A stretch of 64,000 nucleotides of DNA, from assembly GCF_006345805.1 (NCBI RefSeq), contig NC_042998.1, positions 160,952,001 through 161,016,000 on the forward strand, in the 5' to 3' direction. The translations under genes and the position numbers were made by a program. The notes under the pieces were generated by a model. That model did not search any database, was not told where the DNA came from, and was given only the letters and a program-made list of their open reading frames with translations. The stretch is from Octopus sinensis. Its lineage: Eukaryota. This document shows, in pieces, positions 1-15,540 of the stretch. Numbering within the stretch: the stretch's first letter is position 1; every line of letters begins with the position of its first letter.

Positions 1-1824
1 AAAGAATGTCTTCACAGTACACTTGCATTGAAGTGTTAGAAATCAAACATTAAGATTTCTATTTATCTTCAACAAACAGATGACACAAAGTTTTGATTAC
101 TGTGATTAGTTTCTTGTTTGTAAATTTTAAGGTGTGACCAAAATCAATATAATAATCAATATGAAGATGCAAAGTTAGACCTTTGTAATTTTAATTTGTT
201 TCAACTTATAAAGCAAATTAAAATTTAATTTGGGTCAAGATGTTTGATTATCTATGCAAAATGCATGAAGTCTTTTATGAATGGATAAACATGTGCATCT
301 AAAATAAATTAACAAGGAGACAGTTATAAAATTTACAAAATCATTATAAAACAACTTGCTCATATCTTATATCACTGATATTTGGTAAGAAATGTTACCA
401 ATTAAATTTATTTAATTTACAAAGAAGTATTTCTAAAGTTAAATACTTGTTAATTTCATAACAAGTAATTGATTCTTTTTCTAACAAAGTAAAGCAAAAA
501 TAGTTTTTCATGAAGCAAATAAAAAAAGAAATCTTATCAATTAAAAGTACATTAGATCATCTGATGTAAAAGAGTTTGGATACATAATTCTCAGCAGAAA
601 TTTCAGTGATTCTGTATATATTCAAATCTCACTGATTTTTAACTTTGACATTCAGCCACTTTCAATTGAAAGAGAGAGCATCACTAGTATATAGTTGAAT
701 TAACCTCTAATATTCAATCCCTATTAAAAGAAATAACAATTACTGTATCAACACACAAATATACATCCCCCCACATTGTTGTGTGTGTGCACACACACAC
801 ACACAAACAAATTATTGGTATTTACCTATATGCTATAGTGTTATGGATACATACAATAAATTACATTTAGCTTGTATTTATTATATAACCTATCACAAAC
901 TTGAAAATATAATACTATTTTTTTCTTTTCTCTTTTTCAGTTGTAAACATTTAAGCAATCCCCCAGTATTACTCCTGGGTATTAATATTACATCTCAGTA
1001 ATTACTTTGTTCGAACAGAACATCCATGTTTAAGTGGGTATAAATATTACCATTCAAGAAACAATCCAAACAATATCAATAAACAATTTAGGAGCTCATG
1101 TAAATTTTGACTTGGTGTTTTTAGCATATGATGTTTCTTTTTTTTTTTAATTGGAATTATATATTTCAGAGTTTATTATATATATATTGAGCAAGTCATC
1201 TGATCCGAGACTGTTGTAACTTGAAACAATTACAACATTGAAAAGTTGTTTTGGTCATTTTAACAATACATAAAAATTGCTATATTCATGTTTCTTTTAT
1301 TTATTAATATGAAATAAAAAGTTTTTTTTTTTTTTGAAGTGCTAAAAAGTTTTGCTGCACTTCTGCAGCCTGGCCACTAACACAGTTCTTCTGCATCTGT
1401 GTCATAGAACTGTTCACATTTATTGTATGAAAAAAAAAGCCCCACTAAATGTGAAATTATTTTATTGTAGTAGAAATAAGACATACCCTTTATTCTATTA
1501 CTAGTGCATGGTGGAATTTGGGAATGTAATCACTCTATTATAATTGGTTGGAACAGAATTTTGGGTTTTTTTCCAGTACACATTTCTCCTCCCAATCCTT
1601 ACTCTGGGTCTCAAAAGGTCATGAGTACTGCCCCTCCTTCATGACTAATATATTTCTTTTTTTAAACTACTAGTAGTGAGAGGAATCTACATGAAAAATT
1701 TTTATTTAGGAACACAAAACTATAAAAAGATATAAGATGAATGAATGCAAAACAGATTTAGGATTCACACTTTGAAATAAAAATGAGTAATTTGTTGCTG
1801 TTAATTTATAGTTTGCATTCAGAC

Positions 1825-1950
1825 AGGTGAAGCTGTCTAGAATTACTTTATCCAATGTGTCCTTTCTTTTTTAAGATGGTAAGTGTGAGTTCAGAGAGAT
1901 TTTGATTCTATTTCTAGCAGATCAAGCATCTGTACAGAGGCTCTCCTGTT
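1825..1950 (-). mobile_element. Family E fragment
   Basis: Its reverse complement GAGAGCCTCTGTACAGATGCTTGATCTGCTAGAAATAG aligns with GAGAGCTTCTACGTGGTCACTCAATCTGCTGGAAATGG at 58732. Confidence 0.55.
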
Positions 1951-3202
1951 GGCTCATTGAGCAATTAGATTATTTTGTATGCATAACACTTTATGAAATA
2001 CAATATATAAAAAATCTGAATATTATATACAATGACTATAGACCAAATTTTAAAAGAATGTAATTGTTAATATAAGCAGGTTGTTGTAAATGGCATATAT
2101 GATTTTTTAAATAGCCTTAAAAAGATAAAAGACCACAAACTTGAGAATTGTAATGACTATATATAAATAAAGTAAAATAAGGTATGACATGCTATTTCAC
2201 TTTTAACAACTGAAAGAAATATTTCAAAGATAATTTTTTTTCTAGGATACAGTTGAAAATAACCATGAGCAGATGCAATATATCAATGACTGATTAGGAT
2301 AAGTAAAGACAAACAGTATTTCTGAGAAGCAAGGAGAAATTAGATTTGATTGAAAGTTCAATGGGAAGAAAAGTGTACAGCTGAATGCTATGATTAATAG
2401 TGACAGAGCAGGAATATCAGAGTAGGAAACAAGTAATTATTTTTGGCACTGACAAATAATTTAAACTGGAACATTTCCTTTACATTGACTCTCAGAAATA
2501 TGATTAAAGTACTTAGTTGTAATTACCATTATGAAAACAATAATCTTTTATTAGGAATAATTAAAGTAGTAAATCAGAATAAGGTGAAATCAACAAGTAA
2601 CTAGAATGTTTACAGGATATCAACTGAAATGCTTTAAAAATAGAAATAAATCTAGCAGTTCAGATTAACTGTGAAGGATGATATTATTTAGGTATTATTT
2701 ATTCATTTATTTATTTGCATGATACCACATCTGGAAATGATAGTTTCATATTGTGGTATTCTTAAAGTTATGACTCACTGAGTAACATAATAAGTAAATA
2801 AACAGAGGAAGCCCTTGGAGATCAGTTGGCAAGTATTATAGATATATCTGTAATATGTACTTGACAACTGATACATGAGATTTGCGTTGGTTTTATCTAA
2901 AGAACTTTTATGTAGCAAAATGAATAAATTAACAGGAAGTTCTGAGTAAAATAATTCTAGTTATCAAATACTGTGAAGTGAAATATTGTTAATAAATACT
3001 TAAACAGATTGCTAGTAGACGACTTTAACACCAAATGTGTTAAAATGAAAGGTAACTACTGAGTTAAAAAAAAAAGTGAGAGAAGAGAAAGCAACTACTT
3101 TAGAGAAAGTATCCCTTGCTGGAAAATAATTATGGAATCATTCCAAGAATATCACTGAGAATATTACAGAATAGTTTCTGTAAAAGAAAATCTGAAATTG
3201 AT

Positions 3203-3255
3203 TATATATATATATAATATATATAAAATAGATTATATATAAATATAAATAATAG

Positions 3256-3308
<53 letters not shown>

Positions 3309-3412
3309 CTGTATATATATATATATATAATATATATATATATATATTACTGTATGTATACACACATGCACACACACACAGATAAAGTGATAGATACAGA
3401 GAGAGAGAGAGA
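3203..3412. repeat. Compound (TA)n/(CA)n/(GA)n microsatellite
   Basis: Visible dinucleotide runs. Confidence 0.95.
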
Positions 3413-3475
3413 TGAGAGGAAAGTATTATGTGTAATATATGAACATTTAAAAAAAAATTTCGATAATTTTATTAA

Positions 3476-3696
3476 CCCTTTTGATACCAGCCTGCCTGAA
3501 ACCACCTCTGGCTCTGTAGTACAAATGTCTTGTTTTCAAAAGTCGTGAATTAAAATCTTCCACCAAACCTTAGTAACAATTTATGTTCCTAACACTAGCT
3601 TAATGATAACTAAGTTATTTTACTATATTTTTATTTTAATTTTAAAATTAATTGAAAGAAACAGAGTATCTCAACAGAAATATGGGAACAAAAGGG
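3476..3696 (+). mobile_element. piggyBac-type MITE, family 2 (complete)
   Basis: TTAA|CCCTTTTGATACCA ... TGGGAACAAAAGGG|TTAA: TTAA target duplications at 3472-3475 and 3697-3700, CCC...GGG terminal inverted repeats, no ORF. Confidence 0.85.
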
Positions 3697-6600
3697 TTAA
3701 ACATAACCAACAATACCAATCAATATATTCATTAAGTTTTATTTAAAATAGGCTTTAAAAAAAATTGACCAAGGGAAGTAACTCATACAAATTATTTCCC
3801 TTGTTATTTACATAGGTATTTTTTTTTTACAAAACAAAACGTATCAAATTTAAAATTAAACATGCAGCTTTTATGAATTAAACTTATGCAAATTCCATAC
3901 AGATCTAATTCACTTTCCTCAAATTGGATTCTTTCACTATAAATTAAATGAGAAAATATGAAACGAAATAGTCCAGTTAATTTCTCTACTATTTTTTTCC
4001 AAAGATAAGGAAAATTTATTGTCACTCTTAATGAAATAATAATATAATAAATTGGTCTCCTAACTATTTAATAGAAATACTGAGAACAAATTTAGTTGAC
4101 ATGAAGCGACACTCTGTTTTGAAAACATGTTGACCCAACAGGTTAATTTCAAAGCAAGTTTCATTCATTTAAATCCGTTTCTCACCTGACATAATTTAGT
4201 TACCCAGCTCCCTTTCACCACCTGAAGCTGCTGGAATGGAAAAATCAAGAAAACCGTTTGAGAACTAACTTACATTTTATTAAACTTATACTAGTTCCAT
4301 CATACTATGTCTTTTTTTTTATGTCTTGTATTGTAAGTAAATGTCAGACAAAAATATCCATTCTACAACTAACTGTTAATTAGATACTATATTAGGTTAG
4401 TTGTGTGAAAATACTGTATACAGTAGAATTATGGCTGCTATCTATATGTGTTATCTTGGTTAGAGAAAATAGTGGAAGTGTTGTTTCTTTTTTAACTGCT
4501 AATGCGTGAGGTAATGAAAGTTTTCACAGTGAGAGATGAAAGTGGCTTTCTAGTTTAGGGACAAGATATTTGAAAGAAATCAGTAATAGTGATGTTGTGG
4601 TAGGGGGAAATGCTAACAATGTTCTTTCTTAAGACAAAGTTAACAAGAAATATTACTAAGATGGCATGGAAACATTTCCAGCAGACAGTGGGTGAGGCAA
4701 AGATAGAAGCTGTTTAGAAGATTCTGGTTGCTGTAAACCTATACTTCCTGCCTGTAGCATATAAGTAGGAGTATACTTTGAGAGTTATCAGTGTGTTGCA
4801 AGACACCCTAAATAACCTTGGGTAACGAATCAACAGCTATCAAAATTTCAACTAGCCATATAGGTAAAATAATAATTTTGCAAAATAAATTCAAAATGAA
4901 ATCATAGTAAATTAGTAGATTCTGTGGATGAATACTTGAATCAGTTCCATTCGTATAAACTCCTGTCCTAAATATTAGTATTCTATTGTTTTTAAGAAAT
5001 AAGTGAAATTCAGGGAACAGTCCAAGTTATAAAAAATGATAACTTTACTTTCTCTCACACTCATGAAAGTAGTGGAAGGAAATAAATGAACAGCAGCAGG
5101 AATTTTCAAACGAATACAAAAAATTGCATTGCTTAACTAATGCGATTCCTTTTCATGCTGTTGCAAGAAATTTTCAAATTCATTTCAAACTTTAAATTAA
5201 TTAGAAGTAGAGTGATCATGCTATCAGAAATCGAGAGATCATGCTATTGCATAACTTGTAAATTTAGCAGCAATCAATAAATGTCTCCCTCTAAGATATT
5301 TAAATTCTGTAAATTACTTTTCACAATAGTTATAGCAAATATACATATACATATATATGCCTTAATTATTCATGTGGAGCTATAATGTGAAAGTAAACAG
5401 ATTCAGAACAGAAATTGAGAAAAAATACATAAAAAGAACAGAGATGAAAATCATCTTAAAAATGGAAAGGTCTTTTGAAAAATCCTACATGATTGTTTGT
5501 AAAATAAAAAATAAAATGGATAGTTTATGGATCAGCTGTAGAAACAATGAACAAATAAAAGTGAATTGGCAACATCAGTATTCCAATAATTCTGATTTCT
5601 TGAAAATGAATTTAACATGCCTGAATAATTATATTTTCTTATGTAGTTTTTGCATGAGGACAGAAAATAAAAAGTAAATATTTAAACAATTTAAATGATA
5701 CGTGATTATAAGTTATAGAATATATGCTGTGGAAATATTGTACAATATATTTGCATTTAGATTCATATGTGTCTTGCATACACATGTGAATAAGGAATTT
5801 ATTCAGGATTTAGATTTTGAAAAATATATTGTGCAAAAGAAACAGTTGAGCATATATGCCAAGAAGTATTGAAAATTCCTAAGAAACAAATGCAGAATTT
5901 TCTCTAATATTGTTTGAAATATTTTCCTAAATATGGGATTTTATTTGGAAAGACCAAGAAGTGTTTCTTAAATATTTCTCCCTTCTTACTACTGCAGCAA
6001 CAGCAATAACAATAACAAATATTTAAATAGCTTTTACAAATTTCTTCAAATAATATTTGAAGAACATTCTAAAACATTAAAAAAAAAATATTTCTCAATT
6101 AATAATATTTGATAGAAGACTGCTACTCTGATCATTTCACAACTCGAAATTTCTCAAGAAATCAATGTAATTACTCAGATTCAAAATTTATAAATAATGG
6201 AATCCTAATTGATTGTGTAAAATACTTATACTGAGGTGGTAATGCCAAAGTATTTTGAGGTACTTTGAAACTAACTTTGAATTATTGCTGTAACAAATGA
6301 CATTTCTGACAGTGAGTTTTGTTCTCTCTCAGAAAGTGTTCCATTTTTATCATTTATTTTGCCTATGATAAGTTTAGCAATATCCGATTTTAAGGCTTTA
6401 AGACATTTGCCTTTTTGTTTGACTTATTAGGGACTAAACCTATGCCTTTAGTCTTTATTCAAAAATAATTTCAATAATGATACACTTCAGGTTATTTTTT
6501 CATACAATATCTCACAATTTTGCAATGCAGACTGTAACAAATTTTTTAAAAAGAATATCTGAGAAGAGAAGAGGAAAGATAGAGTAAGTAAAAAAAAATC

Positions 6601-7546
6601 TGACTTATACAAAAAAAAAAAAAAAACACTGAAGTACTTTCGTTTTTAATAACAAGAGCAACATGTAGAGAAAAAATAAACAAAAACATAATTTCTACAG
6701 AGAATCCCATACACCATGAGGCCCTTAGATGAAAGCTCCTTTCAATCCTCAATCCTCAACAAAAGTTTCTGATTATTTCTGTTCTACTGATCTTTTAAAA
6801 AGGTAATAGAAGTAAGAACTAGGCAGGTGTGTAACTGAAGCAAAGCAAAATGTTTTAAGGGAAATAGATTCCCAAAGCAGATTTTTTTTTACACACTAAC
6901 ATTCTGGATGCCAGATATGATGAAGAAGAAAGCATATGTTTTGGAATCAAAATAAACATTTACTCTTTCTTATAGTGTTTTCAGATGTTAGGTCAGAATT
7001 GCAATCCTTTAGTTGTCAGAGCAGCATGTTCTCTCCATGGGTTATAACCCCAAAATTATTTAGAGTAAAGCTAGAAATACATTCTTGACGAATTAATTAT
7101 GATTAATTTATATGCCCCATGAAGTGTTATGTAAATTTTCTGGTACATTAGTTGCTCAGCCTATACTCTGGATAACAGTTTCTTAGATTTCTATAAATGT
7201 CCAAGCTCTCACATGTGGTTCTGCCAACTAGATATTACATCCATGTGGACATATGCCTGATACATACTGGATTAAAAACTCAAGAAATGCATGGGTATAC
7301 TGGGCCTTATAGATAGTGATATACAATGAACATATATGAAAAAATGTATACACATCACAAACATACTTGAGATAATGGATGTTAAAACAACCCATAGTGT
7401 TATTAGGGTGTATCATCTATTGGGAATTTATAATTTAAACAATTTTGCCAATGTTCTGAATTTCAAAATGAGCAGTCGCCAGATGATCAAAAATATTCAA
7501 AAAACAATAAATGAGAACTTTGAAAAATAATTTTAATAATATAAAT

Positions 7547-7597
7547 GGCGGTGCCCCAGCATGGCCATAACTTGTGAGCTGAAACTAGATAAAATAA
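7547..7597 (+). mobile_element. Isolated SINE 3' tail fragment
   Basis: GGCGGTGCCCCAGCATGGCC...CTGAAACTAGATAAAATAAAA resembles the family A tail GGCGATGCTCCAGCATGGCT...CTGAAACAAGTAAAA. Confidence 0.55.
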
Positions 7598-7719
7598 AAA
7601 AATATAGACTTTTAAAAGTAATGAAATACAATTATGAATGAATAAATAATCATTGTAAAATATATAACACACTCAATAGTAAAACACTTATCTCTATCGT
7701 TCTGTTATACTTTAACCGC

Positions 7720-8027
7720 TCAACTGGCACAAAGCCACTTGCCTCAGTATTGCTCCCTCTCCCAGCTGAGGGGGGTCTTTGTCTTGCAAATTACCTGGTG
7801 ACCCAATAGTGCTGGTGTCACATAAAAAGTATCCAGTACATTCGGTAAAGCATTTGACATTAAGAAGGGCACCCAATCATAGAAACAATAACAAAGCAGA
7901 CAATGGAGCTTGGTGCAATTCTCTGGCTTGCCAGATGGAGGCAGATTCACAAACCAGCTGGTTTTAGAAACCATCCAACCCATGTCAGCATGAAAAAACG
8001 GACATTAATTGATGATGGTGATGATGA
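7720..8027 (+). mobile_element. Older family B retroposon 3' end
   Basis: TTAAGAAGGGCACCCAATCATAGAAAC ... CCATCCAACCCATGTCAGCATGAAAAAACGGACATTAATT(GAT)n. Confidence 0.75.
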
Positions 8028-8564
8028 CTCAATACTAGTTCTCTTAACTTTGTGTAGAAGAAGCTACTTAACAGACTGCATGTACACACAGACAGACTGA
8101 CACAGACAGACAGGCAGTCAGACAGACAGGCAGTCAGACAGACACACACACACACAAATATAAAACACTAACAGAAATACTTATAATTTTAAATATATAG
8201 TTATTCATTTATATAATACTTCTGTTATATAATACATTGAGAGAAAGGGATGACAAAGATTTATATCTGTATAGTTAACAACTTCCTCTTTGTATTTAGC
8301 TATCTATAATAGATATTTGCTTTGACATCACAGACATTTTTTTTTTATGCTTTATACTATTTCTCTTATCTTATTCTCATTATATCATAAGAAATGTCTG
8401 CAGTAGCCCCTCTGTGGAATCAACACACCAGTATGTCAATATGGCATCTTGCATATTGTAATCGCTATGAAGTTGGTTATTGGGAAAAATATAAGCTTTT
8501 CTAAAGTGACAATTGAAAGCTGTTTGGAGTGCATAATGTGTGATACTTTGATTGAGGCCTTTTA

Positions 8565-8990
8565 GCACAAAGGAAGAAAGCATAGCAAGCTGAGTAGGCC
8601 TTCTCCAAAGTAAGAATGTTATTATGGAAGCCAAACAAAAGTAACAGAAATGTTTATCATAGGAAACCTTTCAATGCACAAGTCAATGTATGTGCAGAAA
8701 TATTTTCTCAAAGAGCAAGTGTATAACCAACAAATGATGACAAAAGAAAATATGGATAATTTGTTAAAGGACTCGTTTAGACTTGACGGTGTAGAGGACA
8801 GTGGAAGAGTGAATTAAAGAATAGATCAAAGAATATTTAGGATTAGAATAACTGTTAAGTGTGTTAATAAAAGCTTCCCATTGCCAGAACATTATAGCAT
8901 TAAACAGAAATTAGTATTGATGTGATTTCTTCCAGCCAACATGACTGAACACAATCAATCAAGGAAAACTGGAATGTTGTATAGGGACAA
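8565..8990 (+). mobile_element. Highly decayed pogo/Tigger-type (DDE_1) transposase remnant
   Basis: 8926-8979 translates to FLPANMTEHNQSRKTGML, which aligns without gaps to the pogo motif FLPxNTTSHLQPxDxGII. Upstream, KGRKHSK and GSQTKVTEMFIIGN resemble GxKxSK and GxxKLxPLxIGK. Confidence 0.45.
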
Positions 8991-9440
8991 TAATGCTGAG
9001 TACAATTTGTGTTTTTATCTGAAACCTAATGAGAAATTTGCACATTGACATAGTTTAATAGTATTGAAGTTAGAATTAATTGAAGATGAATACTGCCATA
9101 GAAAATGACATCAATACTCATTAACATTCTTAAGTATCACCTAGAAAAACATTTTAAAATCTGGATTGCATATTGAGTCATTATCCACAGAAATCTGTTC
9201 TGCCAATTCCAGTGATAATCCTGAGATATAATTTAATTGAATAATAAGCAATAAGAATTAAATGTAATTAACAGATTTTTGCCTGGATTTACTACATTTC
9301 TTTATATGGTAAATATAAGAAGTAGAACAGAGAAAAATATGTGGAAATATCAATTATTGTAAGGAATATGTGAAAACGATAGAAATAAGTTCAAATTATG
9401 ACAAATTTATTAATAGGTCTCAGAAAAGTAAAATTTGAAT

Positions 9441-9466
9441 TAATAATAATAATAATAATAATAATG

Positions 9467-9498
<32 letters not shown>

Positions 9499-9548
9499 AA
9501 TAATAATGATAATAATAATAATAATAAATAAATAAGTAAATAAATAAA
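9441..9548. repeat. (AAT)n/(GAT) microsatellite with an (AAAT)n end
   Basis: Visible trinucleotide run. Confidence 0.95.
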
Positions 9549-10488
9549 TGTACACTTATTAATTACTAGTACCATCTTTATTTTATTTTTTTTTCTAATT
9601 TCTGTTTCAAGACTTTTGTGTCAGACGAATGCCTGATGTTATTAGGGCTTGAGATGTAGTTTGGAATAATTTTACTTCAAATAAGTGGATAAGTGGTGAA
9701 ATCATTCATAATTGAAATTGTAGTTCTGTATTTAATTGAAGGAGATGTGCTAAACAGTTAACAGAATATTTTCAGGGCTCTTGTGAATAGGAATGGCAAT
9801 AAGAGTAATGTTATCCACTGTGAGGCAAACATCTTAGAAATGACTTGAATGAAAGAAGTGTGTGTGTGGGCGGGGGTGAGAGAGGGAGGAAAAAGATTTA
9901 AAAAAATAGAAGTTGAAATAATTTTAAAAAAATCTCACAGCTTAAGGAATGGAGTAGGTTTATTGTGGATGAATTAAAGAATAATATGACACATGTAATT
10001 AATTTAGGTGATTAGGATGTAACATTTGAAAAACTGTACCATTATAAACTAGTCTTGGAAGCTTAATATCAGCAACAAATTCTAAAAGATAAACATATTT
10101 TAATGAGAATATTGGTATCGAATGGAACATGCTGGACTTTATTCTGAAGATATGCTTGATGCAACAGCTTTCACAGTGACATGGAGTATGTGAGTGTGAG
10201 TATGTATGGAGTAGTCACAGTGTATAAGCTTCCCTTATATTAAAGTGGGACTGAGCTGAAAATATATATTTGTCACCTCAATTTCAATATATATCAGTAG
10301 GGAATATGTAACATAATTAATTACATTATAAATGTTTTTTTTAAAAAACTACCAACATATAAAGAAAGTTTTACAATATTTAAAAATTAAGCGGTACAGA
10401 ATCTTTAAAAAAACATCTTGCCAACTTTGTTTGGATTATATTTAAATAATATTTACAACATGATTAATTTTTTAATTAAATTTCAGGT

Positions 10489-10712
10489 CATGCCATGTCC
10501 TAAATGTCCTGTGCATTACATGTGATATATAGGACATATACATCATATATGAAACATCTTCCAAATTTTTTCTAGACCACAGGAGTAACTTTGAACTCAT
10601 GAAAGGAATGCTTTATATTAGTCAGAATGTATGAAAGAAAGACTGACTAAAGGCTGAAAACAAGCATGGATGTTTAGGACAAACATGAAAATGCTTTTGG
10701 GTAGGAAAAGGG
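10489..10712. mobile_element. Possible MITE remnant with subterminal inverted repeats
   Basis: CATGCCATGTCCTAAATGTCC (10489-10509) is an imperfect inverted copy of GGATGTTTAGGACAAACATG (10668-10687). The right end AAAAGGG|TTGA resembles the other piggyBac-type MITE termini. Confidence 0.35.
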
Positions 10713-13700
10713 TTGAATAAAATGTAACTAATAAGGAATTACAATCACTTTTAAACTACTGCTTCAATTAAGGCAACAGAAGGAAAAGACAGATGTTAAA
10801 ATATAATGAAGATGATATTCAATATCTGCTAGACAGGATGTTTGTAGATAGAAAATAAACTGAGTGGGAACATAAGGACTTGTAAAATTATTCTCAAAGT
10901 TATAGACTCTGTAAATTTGAAAAAAAAAAAGGATTGGTTTATTAGTGACTTAAAATATAGCTGATTAAATTGATTAAATCTGAGGTAAAACTTATAAATC
11001 AGACAAAAATATTTAAATATGAACAAGCATTAGATTATTTTGATAAAACATTTCTTTATGTAAAAAGTTTTAGATATAAATGAAAGTGTGAGAATAAATT
11101 ATCTTTATTGAAGTAGGTAAATTACCAGCTGAAGACTTTTCTGCTAAACTACAAAGATAACAGGAAGTGCTACACAAATTGTTTATGAATTTACTAACCA
11201 TAAGAAAGTGAAGAAGCTAACTTGGCCTGAGTAAGATTTGAACTAGAAATGGCAAAACAGGATATTGTAAAGTATCAAAACTGATGCTATCAACTTTTAC
11301 TTGTGATAATGGATTTTTTGATCATTCAATAAGCAAAATAATACTTCAGTGGGCAAAGAAAATAAAGAATAGAAACCTCAACATACTTTTATATTGTCGT
11401 TCAAGTTTAATCCTTTAAACCATAACAGCTTTGTGCCACATAATATATTTCAGAATTTAAGTCAGTTTTAACAGTGTGGAGGTATTTGCTAAGTGATTTC
11501 AATACACAAAATTGATCAAAAGAATGTTAAAATTAATAATAAAGACTTCACAGAATAAACAATCAAATGAAGTAACTATTCCTGACTACATCTATCTACT
11601 ACATAACACAATAGTGACAAATATCATAAACATAACAGAGACTACCATTGTTATGTAGTAATTGTCTCTCAAATATAAGTTTGTTTAAAAATTCTATTCA
11701 TGGTAACAATATATTTTGGTGATGTATGAAATGACATTTTAATTAAGTAAACTGAAAGATTCACTGATATTATTTTGTTAAGAAAATAGTAATGCAAATT
11801 AATTTGACCATGTTTTCAAACATGAATACACATAGTTTCTCTTTTGGTTGTATTCAGTATTTAATAAAACTGTACTTTAAATGGTATTATGAAATACAAA
11901 CTTTATTATCTGGTTACTGTTTTTTTAATTATTTTTTATTGGATGCATCAACTGAAAGACATGTAAATAGCTTATAAATTTGCTACTACAACTAGCAAGG
12001 CTGCAAATCTTGACTACTGAATCAAATAATTTACACCTGTTGTTCTACTCTTTGAGAAGAACATCTTGAAGGCAATATAGTTTCAATAGTTGCTGTAATA
12101 TGGTATCTTTAAGACTTAACCATTGTTATCAGATTAAAATGATATTTGAAATCAATAAGAGATTAAAATCAATAATATGACTCTTCAAAAAACATGAACT
12201 ACAACATTTTTAAATACATGGAAGTTATGAGAGTAAATGAACTGAGTTTTAAAAAAATATACAATAATCTACAACAGATATGTATATGAAAATGATGAAA
12301 GAAAATTCAATGGGGTTTGATTGATCAGCAGGTATTTATCTGAATCTCAGTGGCCTTTCTTGTAATTTTTATTAGTCATAGTTAAGAGAGAGGCTGAAGC
12401 AATGCAAGTAGCTAATGAACAAGGAATATCTGATGAAAATATATTCCATAAAGTCAATTTGACATTACAGAAGAAGTTTTTGTTTTAACTTTGTAAATTA
12501 AATCTGAACTATGGAAAAGGAAGAAAGATAAATGGCAAGAAGCAAAGTAGGCAAATAAACTTGGCTGAAATAGATATGATTGTATTCAGTGATGTTGTGA
12601 AGGCTATTGTTTTTAATTTAGTCAATAAAAATGTATAATCAGATAATCATCAGTTGTTTGAATTATGGGCTAGGAACACATTCTACAATTAATAATTAAT
12701 AATAGCATGTTATTTCCTTTACTGCTGGTTTTTTATTATTGTAGAATTACAATAGACAGGTAAGACAAACAAAAAGATGTTTGTAACTAGACAATAGAAA
12801 TATAATAAAGGTGGATGAAAAGCGATTTACAAATCATGTAGTTGCCTATTCTTTAACTACTGAAAATTAAACATTGAGGAAGAATGAAAAAGAAAAACAA
12901 AACAAATGACTAGATAGACAAATGGAAATTTGTAAAGAAAACCTCATAAATATACAAACATTTGACAGAAATAAATAAATACAAGTCAACATATAAGATG
13001 ATACTTGAGGCATTAAAAAAAATTGCCAAAATAAAGTGATGTCTTATATTGGTTAGTAAAAATTTGAACCTTGGAATTTGGTGATTCATAAAAAACCTTA
13101 CAGTCTGGGCCTAACTTCTGTAGTAATATATTGTGAAAGCTAATGATTAATGGCACTTAACCCTAATGAAACACTAAGCAGTGTGATCAAATGAATAAAT
13201 ATGTGCAAAACTAAGGAATTGTTGTACATATATAATTTATAAGTTTACTTAGTAAGACATCATCCACTTAATTAATGAAAACACCTACCATGAAATATTA
13301 TGTCAGTATTCCATAATAACAGACATAATACCTACATCTATATGAAAAGACTGTGAAACGTATGTAAAATGAATTGTCTCACATTGTGAGTATACAGATA
13401 GCATAAAATAGAGAAGAAATATTTAGATTTGTCTTAAATATTAACAAAATTGAGATATGGATGAACATTTCCTTGTTCAATAGTGATTTGAATCCAAATC
13501 TAAAAAGGTGGAAAGAAAGGAAAATGGAAAAAAAAAAATTGATGTTGCTTTTAGACATTAAACATTTGTTTTGCGATAATTTATATGCAATAAGAATTTA
13601 ATAGATTTAATACAATAAATGTCTATGTTAAAATCTTAAATGAATGTTCTTTTAATGTTCTAAAGTGATGTTGGAATATGAGAGGAAAAAACAACTCATC

Positions 13701-15088
13701 TCTTATTAATTTAATTTATTCTTTTAGTTTCTATTCTCTCTTTTCTGAGGGAAATAAGTTTTAGATAGATCAGTTTACTTTTAAGCTGCTGGAGTACTAG
13801 TTTAGAATGTAGGAACATAATACTGATGCAAGCTTGTTATCAATAAATTCAAATAAGTGCTTGTTGCCAAAAGGTAAAAGTATCATTTTAAGTAAATAAC
13901 AAAAATTGAATGATACCAGTAGCTGACAATTCTAGCTATTATTTAACAAAGTGCCATTAGGATTTTTATGTAATAGAGATGTGGTTTCAAGTTTGCTAAA
14001 TCTAGTTTAGATGCTGATAAAATTACCCAGGGAAACATTTATTGTTAGGTTTATATATGTGTATTTGAATGAAATACAGAAGATGTAAGGCTTCTGAGAA
14101 GGAGGAGAGAGGCTGAGAAGGAATAAGAAAGGAGTTTAAATTACAATGTTTTAGTTTAAGCTTACAGCTAAAAAAGTGTGGATCTTTTTGTTGATATTTG
14201 TATTTTCATATGATTTGACATTAAAGAAAAAAATGCTTTAAAAAATATAGCTGAAATAAAATATGTAATAGGATTCAACTATCTTAAAATTTGAACCACC
14301 TAGTTGATAGCTGGTGAACAAACATACATGTATATAATTCTCTTCCCACACCATTTTTTCTTATTTTATATACACATCAATCTTCATATATCAACAAAGC
14401 AAAGATTGTAAGAAATAAAATTGGAAACAGGTAACACAATAGAACAGGAATAATTTCCATGAGGAAAAAGATGAAAAATGATGCCGTTAAGAAGAGAACA
14501 GTCAAGACCAATAACCTTTTATTAACCAATATAGGTTAAAAAAAACACAAAAAAAACAAGAAAAAACAAATCGAGAAAAAAAACGTGTTAGGAGCAGTGT
14601 AGAAATATTATACTACAGTTACCTAAATGAATGTTCAGATTTGGTAGATGCCATTTCTAAGATACAAATACAAATACTTGATGACAATAAAAATATATTG
14701 ATAAATGCATCATATTAATTTGGATTATTCTTGAAATCTTGAATTTAAAAGTGTGAGTTTATAATTTCAGTTGAAATATGATTTTTTCTTTGTTTTCTAT
14801 ATACACAACCACATACACAAGTTACTAACTGTAGAGATACATTCCTATCACATTTATAACTGAAAGGCACATTTCATTTGTTTTGTATATTAGTATATTT
14901 CATTAGTTTTGGTGCCAAACTAACTGTTCCAATATCAAGTAGTATCAAATTTTAAATTCTACACATAACAAATATCCAGTAATTCCTGTTTTTAGAGCAT
15001 CTATCATTTAATATTTTTTTCTTCCATTTACTATAATTAAATCTATCCACACGAGAAAGATTTTTTTTAAATATAAAAGTAAAAAAGG

Positions 15089-15119
<31 letters not shown>

Positions 15120-15213
15120 TGTGTATGTGTGCAGATATATATATATATGTGTGTGTGTGTGTGTATATATATATATGTTATATATATATATATTATATAT
15201 ATATATATATATA
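15089..15213. repeat. (TA)n/(TG)n microsatellite
   Basis: Visible dinucleotide runs. Confidence 0.95.
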
Positions 15214-15354
15214 AAGTATAATTTACAAAAACCTTACAATTACAGCTTCGTTTAGGAAAGAAGAATTGCTCATATATTTATATCTGCATTTTCAATACTT
15301 CCATTGAACTACAGATTTTGACGAGAGGTCACAATTGCATCAATAATTAGTAAT

Positions 15355-15540
15355 TGTTTCTAACTTAGGCACAGAACCAACAATTTTTGAGGGTAAGGGA
15401 TGGTAATTAACATTTACTCCAGTATTTGACAGGTGTTCTATTTTATCAACACTGGCAGGATAAAAGGCAAGGCTGACTTTTGTGTGATCTGAACTCAGAA
15501 CCTAAAGACTTAGAAGAAATTCTACAAGGTATTTTTTCAC
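15355..15540 (-). mobile_element. Old SINE, family D
   Basis: AGGCACA...CTCCAGTATTTGACAGGT...GGATAAAAGGCAAGGCTGAC...TGAACTCAGAA, the reverse complement of the family D pattern. Confidence 0.65.
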